This document shows, piece after piece, positions 25,027 through 33,228 of a stretch of 41,087 nucleotides of DNA. The notes below the pieces were generated by a model. That model made no database searches. It was not told where the DNA came from and saw only the letters and a list, made by a program, of their open reading frames with translations. The stretch is from Steroidobacteraceae bacterium (GTDB lineage: Bacteria; Pseudomonadota; Gammaproteobacteria; Steroidobacterales; Steroidobacteraceae). Numbering within the stretch: position 1 is the stretch's first letter; every line of letters starts with the position of its first letter. The position numbers and the translations under genes were made by a program. The stretch is taken from NCBI GenBank assembly GCA_036561485.1, contig DATBPG010000033.1, positions 1-41,087 of the forward strand, given 5' to 3'.

Positions 25027-26093
25027 ATCAACTCAAGGACATCCCGGTCGTGGTGAGCGCAGCGCCGGTACGCAGCGGCGATAAGTACCGCACGGCCCAG
25101 GGATTCACGGCCATCAAGGACGGCATCAAGTCCACCGCCCAGGGCCGCGACAGTGGCGCTGCCCACGCTGCCGGCAACGTCGATCAGCGCGGCCTCATGG
25201 GCAAGCCGCGCTGGCTGCGTGCCCCGCTGCCGATGGGACCCGGATACGACTTCGTACGCCAGACGGTGCGCACGCATCGGCTGGCGACCGTGTGCGAGGA
25301 GGCTCGCTGTCCGAACATCGGCGAATGCTGGAATGCCGGCACCGCGACCATCATGGTCATGGGCGCGGTGTGCACGCGCGCGTGCCGCTTCTGTGCCGTG
25401 GATACCGGCAATCCGCATGGCTGGCTCGATCCCGGGGAGCCGGAGGCCGTCGCGGACAGCGTCGCGCTCATGCGGCTGAACTACGTCGTTCTGACCTCGG
25501 TGGATCGCGATGATCTGCCCGACGGCGGTGCTGCGCATTACGCTGCCTGCATCCGCGCGATCAAGCAGCGTTGCCCCGCCACCGCGGTGGAGGCGCTCAC
25601 GCCGGACTTCGGCGGGGTGCTCGCCGACGTCGAGACGGTCGTCGGCTCGGGGCTCGATGTGTTCGCACAGAATGTGGAGACCGTGCGGCGCCTGACGCAG
25701 CCGGTGCGCGATGCACGCGCCGGCTACGAGCGCACGCTCGAGGTGCTCGCCCACGCCAAGGACTACCGGCCGGCCGTGCTCACCAAGAGCAGCCTGATGC
25801 TCGGGCTGGGCGAAGCCGAGGCCGAGATCGCCGAGTGCATGGACGATCTGCGTGCGGCACGCGTGGACATCCTCACGCTCGGTCAGTATCTGCGCCCCAC
25901 GGTCAATCATCTGGCCGTGGAGCGCTATGTCACGCCCGAGCAATTCGAGCAGTACCGCGCCTGGGGCCTGGCGCGCGGCTTTCGCGAGTGCGTCTCGGGA
26001 CCGCTGGTACGCTCCAGCTACCGCGCCGAGCAGGCCCTTGCCGGCAATAACGTCGGCCTGCCCGCGGGCGGCGTCGCGCTCGCGCCCACATGA
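25023..26093 (+). CDS. lipA: Lipoyl synthase (radical SAM)
   Basis: Auxiliary cluster [13 protein letters not shown] and radical-SAM motif [12 protein letters not shown] overlap with the murU stop. Confidence 0.92.
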   Translation: MNQLKDIPVVVSAAPVRSGDKYRTAQGFTAIKDGIKSTAQGRDSGAAHAAGNVDQRGLMGKPRWLRAPLPMGPGYDFVRQTVRTHRLATVCEEARCPNIGECWNAGTATIMVMGAVCTRACRFCAVDTGNPHGWLDPGEPEAVADSVALMRLNYVVLTSVDRDDLPDGGAAHYAACIRAIKQRCPATAVEALTPDFGGVLADVETVVGSGLDVFAQNVETVRRLTQPVRDARAGYERTLEVLAHAKDYRPAVLTKSSLMLGLGEAEAEIAECMDDLRAARVDILTLGQYLRPTVNHLAVERYVTPEQFEQYRAWGLARGFRECVSGPLVRSSYRAEQALAGNNVGLPAGGVALAPT

Positions 26094-26791
26094 GCACTCT
26101 CGCGCCGGAGCGGCTCAGCACGACCTCACCGCCGTCCATGGCGGGGGCGCGCAGCAATGCCGAAGGGCTGCAGCGCGCGCCGGCATGCCAGGTTCGCTGG
26201 CTGGGCCGGGTGCCGTACGTCCCGACCTGGCAGGCGATGCAGCGCTTTACCGGGGAGCGCGGCGCCGACAGCGCCGATGAGCTCTGGGCGCTCGAACACG
26301 AGCCGGTGTTCACCCTGGGCATGAATGCCGACGCCGCGCACGTGCTGGGGGCGGGGGACATTGCGGTCGTGCGCATCGATCGTGGCGGACAGGTCACCTA
26401 TCATGGACCGGGTCAGCTCGTGCTTTATCCGCTCATCGATGTGCGGCGCGCGGGATTGGGCGTGCGCGATCTGATCAGCGCGCTGGAGCAGTCGGTGATC
26501 ACCTGCGCAGCTCGCTGGGGCATCGCTGCGGCATGCCGCGCGGATGCGCCCGGGGTCTACGTCGGCGGCGCAAAGCTCGCCAGCGTGGGCCTGCGCATTC
26601 GCCGTCGCGGCAGCTACCATGGGCTGGCGCTGAACGTGAACATGGATCTACAGCCCTTCAGCCGCATCAACCCCTGCGGCTACGCAGGGCTGCGAATGAC
26701 GCAGCTCGCCGAGCTCGGTGGACCGGCCGATGTGATGCAGGTGGCCGGGGAGCTGGTGCCTGAGCTGCTGGCGCGACTGGAGGCCCGATGA
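26090..26791 (+). CDS. lipB: Octanoyl/lipoyl transferase LipB
   Basis: Contains [17 protein letters not shown] and the catalytic-region KL.SVG / GLALNV motifs. ATGA overlap with the lipA stop. The ~30-aa N-terminal extension is uncertain. Confidence 0.88.
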   Translation: MSTLAPERLSTTSPPSMAGARSNAEGLQRAPACQVRWLGRVPYVPTWQAMQRFTGERGADSADELWALEHEPVFTLGMNADAAHVLGAGDIAVVRIDRGGQVTYHGPGQLVLYPLIDVRRAGLGVRDLISALEQSVITCAARWGIAAACRADAPGVYVGGAKLASVGLRIRRRGSYHGLALNVNMDLQPFSRINPCGYAGLRMTQLAELGGPADVMQVAGELVPELLARLEAR

Positions 26792-27474
26792 GCGTCGCCC
26801 AACCCCCCGGCAACATCACGGCACAGGAAGCGCTCGAGCGACTGCGCGCCGGCAATCGGCGCTTCGTCGCCCAGGCCGGCGGCACACCGGCAAGCGCTCC
26901 GGCGCGCCGCTTCGAGCTGCCCACGCAGGGTCAGCCATTCGCGACCATTCTCGGCTGCTCTGATGCGCGCGTGCCCGCCGAGCTGGTGTTCGATCAGGGG
27001 CTGGGCGATCTGTTCGTGATCCGCGTCGCCGGCAATATCGTCTCGCCGTCGCAGATCGGCAGTGTGGAGTTTGCGGCCTCACGCTTCGGCACACGGCTGG
27101 TCGTGGTGCTCGGCCACTCGCAATGCGGCGCGGTCTCGGCCACCATCGAGGAGCTGCAGCAGCCTGCCGAGAACCAGTCAGCCAATCTGCGCTCGATCGT
27201 CGATCGCGTGCGTCCGGCGGTGGAGGGCCTGCTCAGCACCGAGCTCACGCGCGATCCGCAGGCGCTCATGCGCCTGGCGGTGCGCGCCAACATCAGCGTC
27301 TCGGTCAGCCATCTGCGCTACAGCTCCGATGTGCTCGAGAAGCTCATCTATCAGCACGGTCTCATGGTGCTCGGCGCGCAGTACTCGGTGGAGACGGGCG
27401 TCGTGGAATTCTTCGAAGGCGGCGCAGCCGAACGCGACAGGCGCAGCGCCGAGGATCGGCGCAGCCCCGAGTGA
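26788..27474 (+). CDS. Beta-class carbonic anhydrase
   Basis: Zinc ligand motifs CSDARV and GHSQCGA. ATGA overlap with the lipB stop. Confidence 0.9.
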   Translation: MSVAQPPGNITAQEALERLRAGNRRFVAQAGGTPASAPARRFELPTQGQPFATILGCSDARVPAELVFDQGLGDLFVIRVAGNIVSPSQIGSVEFAASRFGTRLVVVLGHSQCGAVSATIEELQQPAENQSANLRSIVDRVRPAVEGLLSTELTRDPQALMRLAVRANISVSVSHLRYSSDVLEKLIYQHGLMVLGAQYSVETGVVEFFEGGAAERDRRSAEDRRSPE

Positions 27475-27848
27475 GCAGCCGCCCCGTCACTGTGCTGACG
27501 AGTGTCGGCAGTCTGCGACAGGCGCGACGCATCGCGCGCGAGCTGGTCGAGCAGCAGCTGGCCGCGTGCGTGCACATTGCCCCGATCCAGAGCGTTTACC
27601 GATGGAATGGGCGCCTGCAGCAGCAGCGCGAATTCCAGCTGTCCATGCATACCAGTAGAGCCCGAGCCGCGGCCCTGCAATCGGCGCTGCGTGCGCTACA
27701 CCCCTACGAGCTGCCAGCCTTGTATGTGCTGGCGCCCGCGCACGCGCATGCGCCGTACGCGCGCTGGGTGGCGCAGAGCTGTACGCCGGCACGCGTGCCT
27801 CGCAGCGCGCGCAGGGGTGCAAAAAGCGGGACAGCGAAGCGCCCGTAG
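27471..27848 (+). CDS. cutA: Divalent-cation tolerance protein CutA
   Basis: The GTG at 27471 overlaps the carbonic anhydrase TGA (GTGA). CutA1-like sequence: VTVLTSVGSLRQARRIARELVEQQLAACVHIAPIQSVYRWNG...YELPAL. Confidence 0.85.
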   Translation: MSSRPVTVLTSVGSLRQARRIARELVEQQLAACVHIAPIQSVYRWNGRLQQQREFQLSMHTSRARAAALQSALRALHPYELPALYVLAPAHAHAPYARWVAQSCTPARVPRSARRGAKSGTAKRP

Positions 27849-27994
27849 CGATATGCTCTGCGGCGGCGATGAGGCGCGCAGGTGGCACCGCAGGCGCCCT
27901 GACACGTTATGCATCGCTGGACGAATTGCACATCGGCGCGCACCGACCGTGTCGTTCGCTTGGAACGGGTCGCAGCGCCCCTTAAGGACCCTGA

Positions 27995-28687
27995 ATGAGC
28001 ACGGGCGCGCCCCCACACACGCTTGAATGCTCCGCTCGACGCCTGCCGCGATGGCGTCGAGCCTCCTCACGACCCCGCATTGTTCTGGCCGCGGTGCTGC
28101 TCACGGCGCTGGCCGGCGCGGCTGCTCGGGCGCAGGCGGGCGCTGCCCCCACGACGTTTCCCGAAGATGCGGTCAAAGCGGTTTTTCTCTATCGCTTCGC
28201 CGGCTATGTGCAATGGCCGATGACGGACGGGCCGAGCCAATTCGTCGTCGCGGTGATGGGCGCGGATGACGTGGCTGCGCGACTGCAGAGCCTGCTGCCC
28301 GATCACTCCATCCACGGGCTGCCGGCAGCGGTGCGTCGCATCCGTGGGCTCGAGGAGCTCGGCAGCGCACAGATGCTCTACATCGGACCCGGTTACGGCG
28401 GCAATCTCGCCGCGCTGACCGCTCGTCTGCGCGGTCGCCCGGTGCTCGTCGTGACCGATCGCGACGGCGCACTCGACGCCGGCAGCATGGTCAACTTTCT
28501 GATGCAAAGCGGGCACGTGCGCTTCGAGGTGTCGATGGTCGCGGCGCGCCAGGCGAGGCTGGTCATCAGCTCGGACCTGCTCGCCGTGGCGCAGCGGGTC
28601 AAGACCGGCGACCGCAGCGCGCCGCCGCTGTGCGTGCCGCCGGCCGGCCGGCGAGCGGGCTGCGAGCGCAGGGTGGCGGCGAGGTGA
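27995..28687 (+). CDS. YfiR-like (DUF4154) periplasmic protein
   Basis: Long signal peptide with RR (ARRLPRWRRASSRPRIVLAAVLLTALAGAAARAQA). Family-like N-terminus EDAVKAVFLYRFAGYVQWP, followed by VLVVTD...G.MVNF...V.FEVS. The family call is from memory. Confidence 0.7.
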   Translation: MSTGAPPHTLECSARRLPRWRRASSRPRIVLAAVLLTALAGAAARAQAGAAPTTFPEDAVKAVFLYRFAGYVQWPMTDGPSQFVVAVMGADDVAARLQSLLPDHSIHGLPAAVRRIRGLEELGSAQMLYIGPGYGGNLAALTARLRGRPVLVVTDRDGALDAGSMVNFLMQSGHVRFEVSMVAARQARLVISSDLLAVAQRVKTGDRSAPPLCVPPAGRRAGCERRVAAR

Positions 28688-30711
28688 ATGCGCATGCCGA
28701 GCCGTCGCGCTCGCGCGAGGCGCGCTGGCGCTGGGTGCTGCGCCGGCTCCGGCCTGCGCAAGATGAGGTGCATCAGGGGGTGCGCCGGCGGCTCATGGCA
28801 GTCGTGGTCAAGACCACGGCCTTTGCCCTGGTGTTGGCGGCGCTCGCCATGGCGGTGCAGGACTTCACCGCCTATCGCGGGGCCCGCGTCTCGCAACTGA
28901 CCACCGAGGCGGCAATTCTCGGCCTCGCGGTCGCCCCGGCGCTGGCGTTCGACGATCGTGCCGCCGCCGAGCGCAGCCTCGCCGCGCTGCGTGCGCATCC
29001 GGCGGTGCTCGCGGCGGCGCTCTACGGCACGGACGGGCGTCAGTTCGCGCGTTATCTGTCCAGCGCCCAGGTCAGCGTGCCTGAGCGTCTGCAGGCCGGC
29101 CCTGCAGTCACACTGCGCGGCCAGGGCGCGGTGCTCAGCCAGCGCATCGTGCAGAACGGGGAGTGGCTCGGGACCATTTACCTGCGGGCGCGCTTCGATA
29201 TGGAGCGGCGTCTGCTGACCTACGTGGGCATCGTGGCCTTCGTCAGTGTGGCGGCGCTCATTGCCGCTCTGGTGTTGTCGCGCTCCCTGCAACGCTCGAT
29301 CACGATGCCGCTGGATGCCATGGCGGGCGTGGCGCGGCAGGTCGTGGAGCGGCGGGACTATTCACTGCGAGCCACGCGCAACAGCGACGATGAGATCGGA
29401 GTGGTCGTGGAAGCCTTCAACCGCATGCTCGATGAGGTGCAGGCGCGCACCCGCGCGATCGAGCAGAGCAACTGCGCTTTGCAGCAGGAAGTGCAGGTGC
29501 GGCAGTCGGCGCAGTCGGCGCTGGCGCGTGCCAATGCCCAGCTGGAAAGCACCATGGTGGCGCTGCGCGAGGCGGATCGGCGCAAGGACGAGTTTCTCGC
29601 AACGCTCGCGCACGAGCTGCGCAATCCTCTGGCCCCCATCCGCAACGCCGCCGAATTGCTCGAGCTGCATGGCGCCGATGACGCTCAACGCCAGTGGGCG
29701 CGCGAGGTCATTGCCCGCCAGGTCAAGCGCATGGGTCTGCTGCTCGATGACCTGCTGGACGTCTCGCGCATCACGCGCGGCCGACTCGAGCTGCGCAAGG
29801 ACCGCGTCACGCTCGCACCCCTGATCGCCACCGCAATCGAGACGGCGCGGCCGCTGATCGACCTGAAACAGCATCTGCTGCAGGTGGATCTGCCCGACCA
29901 GAACATCGAGCTCACCGCCGATCCGCTGCGCCTGTCACAGGCGATCTCGAACCTGCTGAACAATGCCGCCAAGTACACCGATGCGCGTGGCCACATCACG
30001 CTGCGCGCACGCCTCGAAGGCGACAGGCTCGCCATCACCGTCGAGGACAACGGCATCGGCTTTGATCCTGCCATGAGCGCACGGCTGTTCGAGATGTTTG
30101 CGCAGCTGCAGGCGCCGGTGGACCGCACCGAGGGAGGTCTGGGCATTGGCCTGGCCCTCGTGCGCGGCCTGATCTCGCTGCATGGTGGCACGGTCGAGGC
30201 CGTGAGTGCCGGGCCCGGCCGGGGCAGCGCCTTCACGATCCGCCTGCCGGGCGCAGGTGCGGTCGTTTGCAGCGACGAGGACCAGGGGGCGGACCGGCCG
30301 CGCCGTCACGGCGCGGGGCGTTGCCGGCTGCTGGTCGCCGATGACAATCAGGATTCGGCCGAGAGCCTTGCGATGGTGATGCGCATGTGGGGCTATGAGG
30401 TGCATCTGGCGCACACCGGTACGCGCGCGCTGGAGCTGGCGCTGCAGGAGCGTCCGGAGGCGTGCATTCTGGATATCGGCATGCCTGGATTGAATGGCTA
30501 TGAAGTCGCAAGCCGCATTCGTTCAGAGCCCTGGGCGAGGCAGGTGCTGCTGCTGGCAGTCACGGGCTGGGGCCAGAGTGAGGACGTAACGCGCGCCCGC
30601 GAAGCGGGCTTCGATCATCACATGACCAAGCCCGTGGACCTTGCGCGTGTCGATGCGTTGTTGCTCGAACATGCCCGCCGGTTACAGGCGGGAACAATCG
30701 GCATACGCTGA
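28684..30711 (+). CDS. Hybrid sensor histidine kinase/response regulator with a periplasmic (YfiN/CHASE8-like) sensor and HAMP
   Basis: Domain order: TM, ~150-aa periplasmic segment, TM, HAMP (DEIGVVVEAFNRML), H-box FLATLAHELRNPL, N/G boxes NLLNNAAKYT, DNGIGF and GGLGIGLALV, then a C-terminal receiver (LLVADDN..ILDIGMPGLNGYE..TKP). The GTG at 28684 overlaps the yfiR-like stop (GTGA). The alternative start is the ATG at 28795. Confidence 0.9.
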   Translation: MNAHAEPSRSREARWRWVLRRLRPAQDEVHQGVRRRLMAVVVKTTAFALVLAALAMAVQDFTAYRGARVSQLTTEAAILGLAVAPALAFDDRAAAERSLAALRAHPAVLAAALYGTDGRQFARYLSSAQVSVPERLQAGPAVTLRGQGAVLSQRIVQNGEWLGTIYLRARFDMERRLLTYVGIVAFVSVAALIAALVLSRSLQRSITMPLDAMAGVARQVVERRDYSLRATRNSDDEIGVVVEAFNRMLDEVQARTRAIEQSNCALQQEVQVRQSAQSALARANAQLESTMVALREADRRKDEFLATLAHELRNPLAPIRNAAELLELHGADDAQRQWAREVIARQVKRMGLLLDDLLDVSRITRGRLELRKDRVTLAPLIATAIETARPLIDLKQHLLQVDLPDQNIELTADPLRLSQAISNLLNNAAKYTDARGHITLRARLEGDRLAITVEDNGIGFDPAMSARLFEMFAQLQAPVDRTEGGLGIGLALVRGLISLHGGTVEAVSAGPGRGSAFTIRLPGAGAVVCSDEDQGADRPRRHGAGRCRLLVADDNQDSAESLAMVMRMWGYEVHLAHTGTRALELALQERPEACILDIGMPGLNGYEVASRIRSEPWARQVLLLAVTGWGQSEDVTRAREAGFDHHMTKPVDLARVDALLLEHARRLQAGTIGIR

Positions 30712-30852
30712 CACCTGCGCCCTCAGGGGCGGCGTAGCATCGAGTGGCCCATCAGCCAACAGGAGCGATGCCAGGCCCGAACGGCAGACACTACAGCGTG
30801 CACGGCGCGACAAGCGCGAGGGTAAGTCCGCCACGACCAGGCGGGAGAATTC

Positions 30853-31329
30853 GTGCGTGAGGAGATGCATCACATCCGGGAAGGCAAGCACGGTGCGCGC
30901 AGTTCGCGTCAGGCCATTGCCGTTGGCCTGTCCAAGGCGCGACGCGCAGGCGTCGACCTGAAGCCACCGGCCGAGGGACGCACATCGCCACAGAGCCCGC
31001 GCAAGGCACGGCGCGATTACGCGCGCCACGGCGAGAGCGCGCCGCGCAAGGTCACGCCCCAGCGGCGCGCGGCCTCGGAGCGCGCTCTGGAGCGCGAGCC
31101 GCGCGAAGCGGCCTCGCCGCGCGAAGCGGCCTCGCCGCGCGCCCTGGCGCGCCAGGGGCGCTCGGCCGCGCGCCGGCGCAGTCCCGGCGAGCGAGCGGCC
31201 GCCGCCCGCAAGGCGGCGCAGACCAAGGGACCCGCGCGGCGCAGTGCCGCGGCCCGCAAGGCCGCGCACACACGCAGCACGCATCGCGCCGGCTCGCGCT
31301 CGCCCACTGCGCGCTCGATGCATGCCTGA
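30853..31329 (+). CDS. DUF6496-like small protein with a long Arg/Ala-rich basic tail
   Basis: The N-terminus EEMHHIREGKHGARSSRQAIAVGLSKARRAG resembles the DUF6496 core (call from memory). The remaining ~110 aa are low-complexity R/A/P/S. GTG start with GGAGA 4-5 nt upstream. Double stop TGATGA. Confidence 0.6.
   Translation: MREEMHHIREGKHGARSSRQAIAVGLSKARRAGVDLKPPAEGRTSPQSPRKARRDYARHGESAPRKVTPQRRAASERALEREPREAASPREAASPRALARQGRSAARRRSPGERAAAARKAAQTKGPARRSAAARKAAHTRSTHRAGSRSPTARSMHA
31102..31137 (+). repeat. Perfect 18-nt tandem duplication (cgcgaagcggcctcgccg x2) encoding REAASP REAASP
   Basis: Read directly. It is in frame and lies inside the basic tail of the 30853 gene. Confidence 0.9.
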
Positions 31330-31335
31330 TGAGGG

Positions 31336-31363
31336 GCGCCGGCGGCGATGGCGCCGCCGGTGC
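31336..31363. terminator. Bidirectional GC-rich hairpin between convergent genes (12-bp stem gcgccggcggcg / cgccgccggtgc with one G-U, 4-nt loop)
   Basis: Read directly. It fills the 33-nt gap between the stop at 31327-31329 and the ybeD stop at 31363-31365. Confidence 0.5.
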
Positions 31364-31626
31364 TACAGCACCATCAGCACCTGCGGACAGTCCTTCAAAG
31401 CGGCGAACAGCTCCGCGATCTGCGGCTCGCCGGTGGCGCGAATCACGTAGGTCAGCGACAGGAAGTGCTGCTGCGCGGAGGCGCGCTCGGTGACGCTCGA
31501 AAGGTCGAGCGGCCCGGCGTGCCGCTCGAGAATCGCATCGATGTGAGCGCGTACGCCCTGCTCGGCGCGCACCATGACCTTGATGGGATAGTCACACGGA
31601 AAGGTCAGACGAGGCGGCTGGTTCAT
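31363..31626 (-). CDS. ybeD: YbeD / DUF493 family protein
   Basis: Trimmed to the ATG at 31626, which gives 87 aa. Contains MNQPPRLTFPCDYPIKVMV and a C-terminal LKDCPQVLMVL, matching the E. coli YbeD layout (FP..Y.KVMG ... VRMVL). Confidence 0.8.
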   Translation of the reverse strand: MNQPPRLTFPCDYPIKVMVRAEQGVRAHIDAILERHAGPLDLSSVTERASAQQHFLSLTYVIRATGEPQIAELFAALKDCPQVLMVL

Positions 31627-31695
31627 GCGCTGAGTATTACACCCCCATTGCGTGCACCACAGGCGCCGCGTGTAGGAGGCTGCTGACAATAATCG

Positions 31696-31724
31696 GCTTG
31701 TAATTCAGTCGCTTGTGCTACACT
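31696..31724 (+). promoter_or_regulatory. Candidate extended -10 promoter for the RRM gene (TGcTACACT, weak -35 region containing TTGTAA)
   Basis: Read directly in the AT-richer spacer. It would give a leader of roughly 125 nt. No experimental support. Confidence 0.3.
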
Positions 31725-31856
31725 GCGCCGCGATTGACGCGGTTTCTGCGTACGGGGGGAATCCGCCTGCGGGGCGGCGTTGATCACCGGTGACAGGATT
31801 GCTCCTGCCGTGTTTTACGACCTTGCGGTCGGTTTGTTTGGAGTGCAGTTTGTTTT

Positions 31857-32183
31857 ATGGCGAAGATCTACGTAGGTAATCTGCCTTTCTCGGCCAACGA
31901 AACGGAAATTCGTGCGCTGTTTTCGCAGCACGGGACCGTGGAAAGTGTTTCTCTGCCTACCGACCGGGAGACCGGTCGTCCGCGGGGCTTTGGATTCGTG
32001 GAGATGAGCCAGGCCGATGCGGCGCGTGCCATCCAGAATCTGAATGGCTACTCCATGAATGGTCGTCCGCTGCGCGTCAACGAGGCGCAGGACAAGCCAC
32101 GCACGGGCGGTGCTCGCCCGGGCGGCGGTGGCGGCGGCTATCGCGGCGGTGGTGGCGGCGGCAACGGCGGCGGCCGCTGGTAA
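31857..32183 (+). CDS. RRM-domain RNA-binding protein with a Gly/Arg-rich tail
   Basis: RNP2 is IYVGNL and RNP1 is RGFGFVEM. The C-terminal tail is GGARPGGGGGGYRGGGGGGNGGGRW. Confidence 0.9.
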   Translation: MAKIYVGNLPFSANETEIRALFSQHGTVESVSLPTDRETGRPRGFGFVEMSQADAARAIQNLNGYSMNGRPLRVNEAQDKPRTGGARPGGGGGGYRGGGGGGNGGGRW

Positions 32184-32222
32184 CAGTCGCCTAAGCTCTC
32201 TTCGACCGCTCGTCTCGCGCCT

Positions 32223-32247
32223 GCAGGGCTCCTGCCGGGAGCCCTGC
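32223..32247 (+). terminator. Stem-loop after the RRM gene (10-bp perfect stem gcagggctcc / ggagccctgc, 5-nt loop), with a second 7-bp hairpin at 32268-32287
   Basis: The inverted repeats were read directly, 40 nt after the TAA. There is no U-tract. Confidence 0.45.
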
Positions 32248-32355
32248 GAAGTGTGAGCGCGGCGGTGCTGCGCCCTCGCAGGCGCAGACGGGAACGGATC
32301 GGGGGCGGCTTCTGCTTGCGCGGGCCCGGGCCGCTGCGGCACATTGGCTGCGCGC

Positions 32356-33219
32356 ATGGATACCCCTGAGCGATTGCAGTTTCCGGCACGATTGGGGCTG
32401 GGGACCTGGATGATGGGTGAGTCGCGCGTGTCGCACGCGCGCGAGCTTGCCGCGCTCGTGCGCGCCTTGCAGCTGGGCTACCGCGTCTTCGATACGGCCG
32501 AGATTTATGGGCAGGGTGGGGCTGAGCGACTCCTCGGTCAGGCGCTGACCAGCTTCGGCGTGGGCAGCAGCGGCCCGGCGCGCGAGGAGCTGTTTCTCGT
32601 CAGCAAGGTGAAGCCCTCGCATGCCTCGCTGAGCGGTACGGTGCGCGCCTGTGAGGCTTCGATCGAACGCCTGCGCTGCCGCTACCTGGATCTGTACCTG
32701 CTGCACTGGGCAGGACCGTACGCGTTCACCGAGACGTTGCAGGCGCTGGCCGAACTGCGGGCGCGCGGACTCATCCGCCACTTCGGCGTCAGCAACTTCA
32801 CTCTGCAGGAGCTGCAGCAGTGGCGTGCGGCGGAAGCGAGCCTCGGACTCGCCGGCGCCACGCAGTGCAATCAACTCTACTATTGCCTGCAGGCGCGCGG
32901 CATCGAGTTCGATCTGCTGCCCTGGCAACGCCACCACGGCATCCTGACGATGGCGTACTCGCCGCTCGGGCGCGGCAGTCTCGCTCGCCATCCGCTGCTC
33001 GAGCGTCTCGGGCGCGAGCGCGGCGCAAGCGCTGCGCAGATTGCGATCGCCTGGAGCATGCGCACCCCGGAGCTCATCAGCATCCCCAAGTCCAGCGACG
33101 CGCGGCGCGTGGAGGAGAACTGGGCGGCGCGCTCGCTGGTGCTGAGCGAGGCTGAATGTATTGAGCTCGATCGGGCGTTCCCGCCGCCGCAGACCCGCAT
33201 GCCCCTGGCGACGATCTGA
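32356..33219 (+). CDS. Aldo/keto reductase family oxidoreductase
   Basis: Contains GLGTWMMG, FDTAEIYG, LDLYLLHW and SIPKSS. I prefer the ATG at 32356 over the TTG at 32344. Confidence 0.85.
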   Translation: MDTPERLQFPARLGLGTWMMGESRVSHARELAALVRALQLGYRVFDTAEIYGQGGAERLLGQALTSFGVGSSGPAREELFLVSKVKPSHASLSGTVRACEASIERLRCRYLDLYLLHWAGPYAFTETLQALAELRARGLIRHFGVSNFTLQELQQWRAAEASLGLAGATQCNQLYYCLQARGIEFDLLPWQRHHGILTMAYSPLGRGSLARHPLLERLGRERGASAAQIAIAWSMRTPELISIPKSSDARRVEENWAARSLVLSEAECIELDRAFPPPQTRMPLATI

Positions 33220-33228
33220 GCCAGCGCG

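Noticed and set aside
30768-30860. A 30-codon upstream ORF (MPGPNGRHYSVHGATSARVSPPRPGGRIRA) with AGGAG just upstream, ending in an overlap with the DUF6496-like GTG start
   Set aside because: The Shine-Dalgarno to ATG spacing is only 2 nt. Third-position GC is about 63%, well below that of real genes here, and no family is recognised. It is possibly a leader peptide, but it is not supportable from sequence alone.
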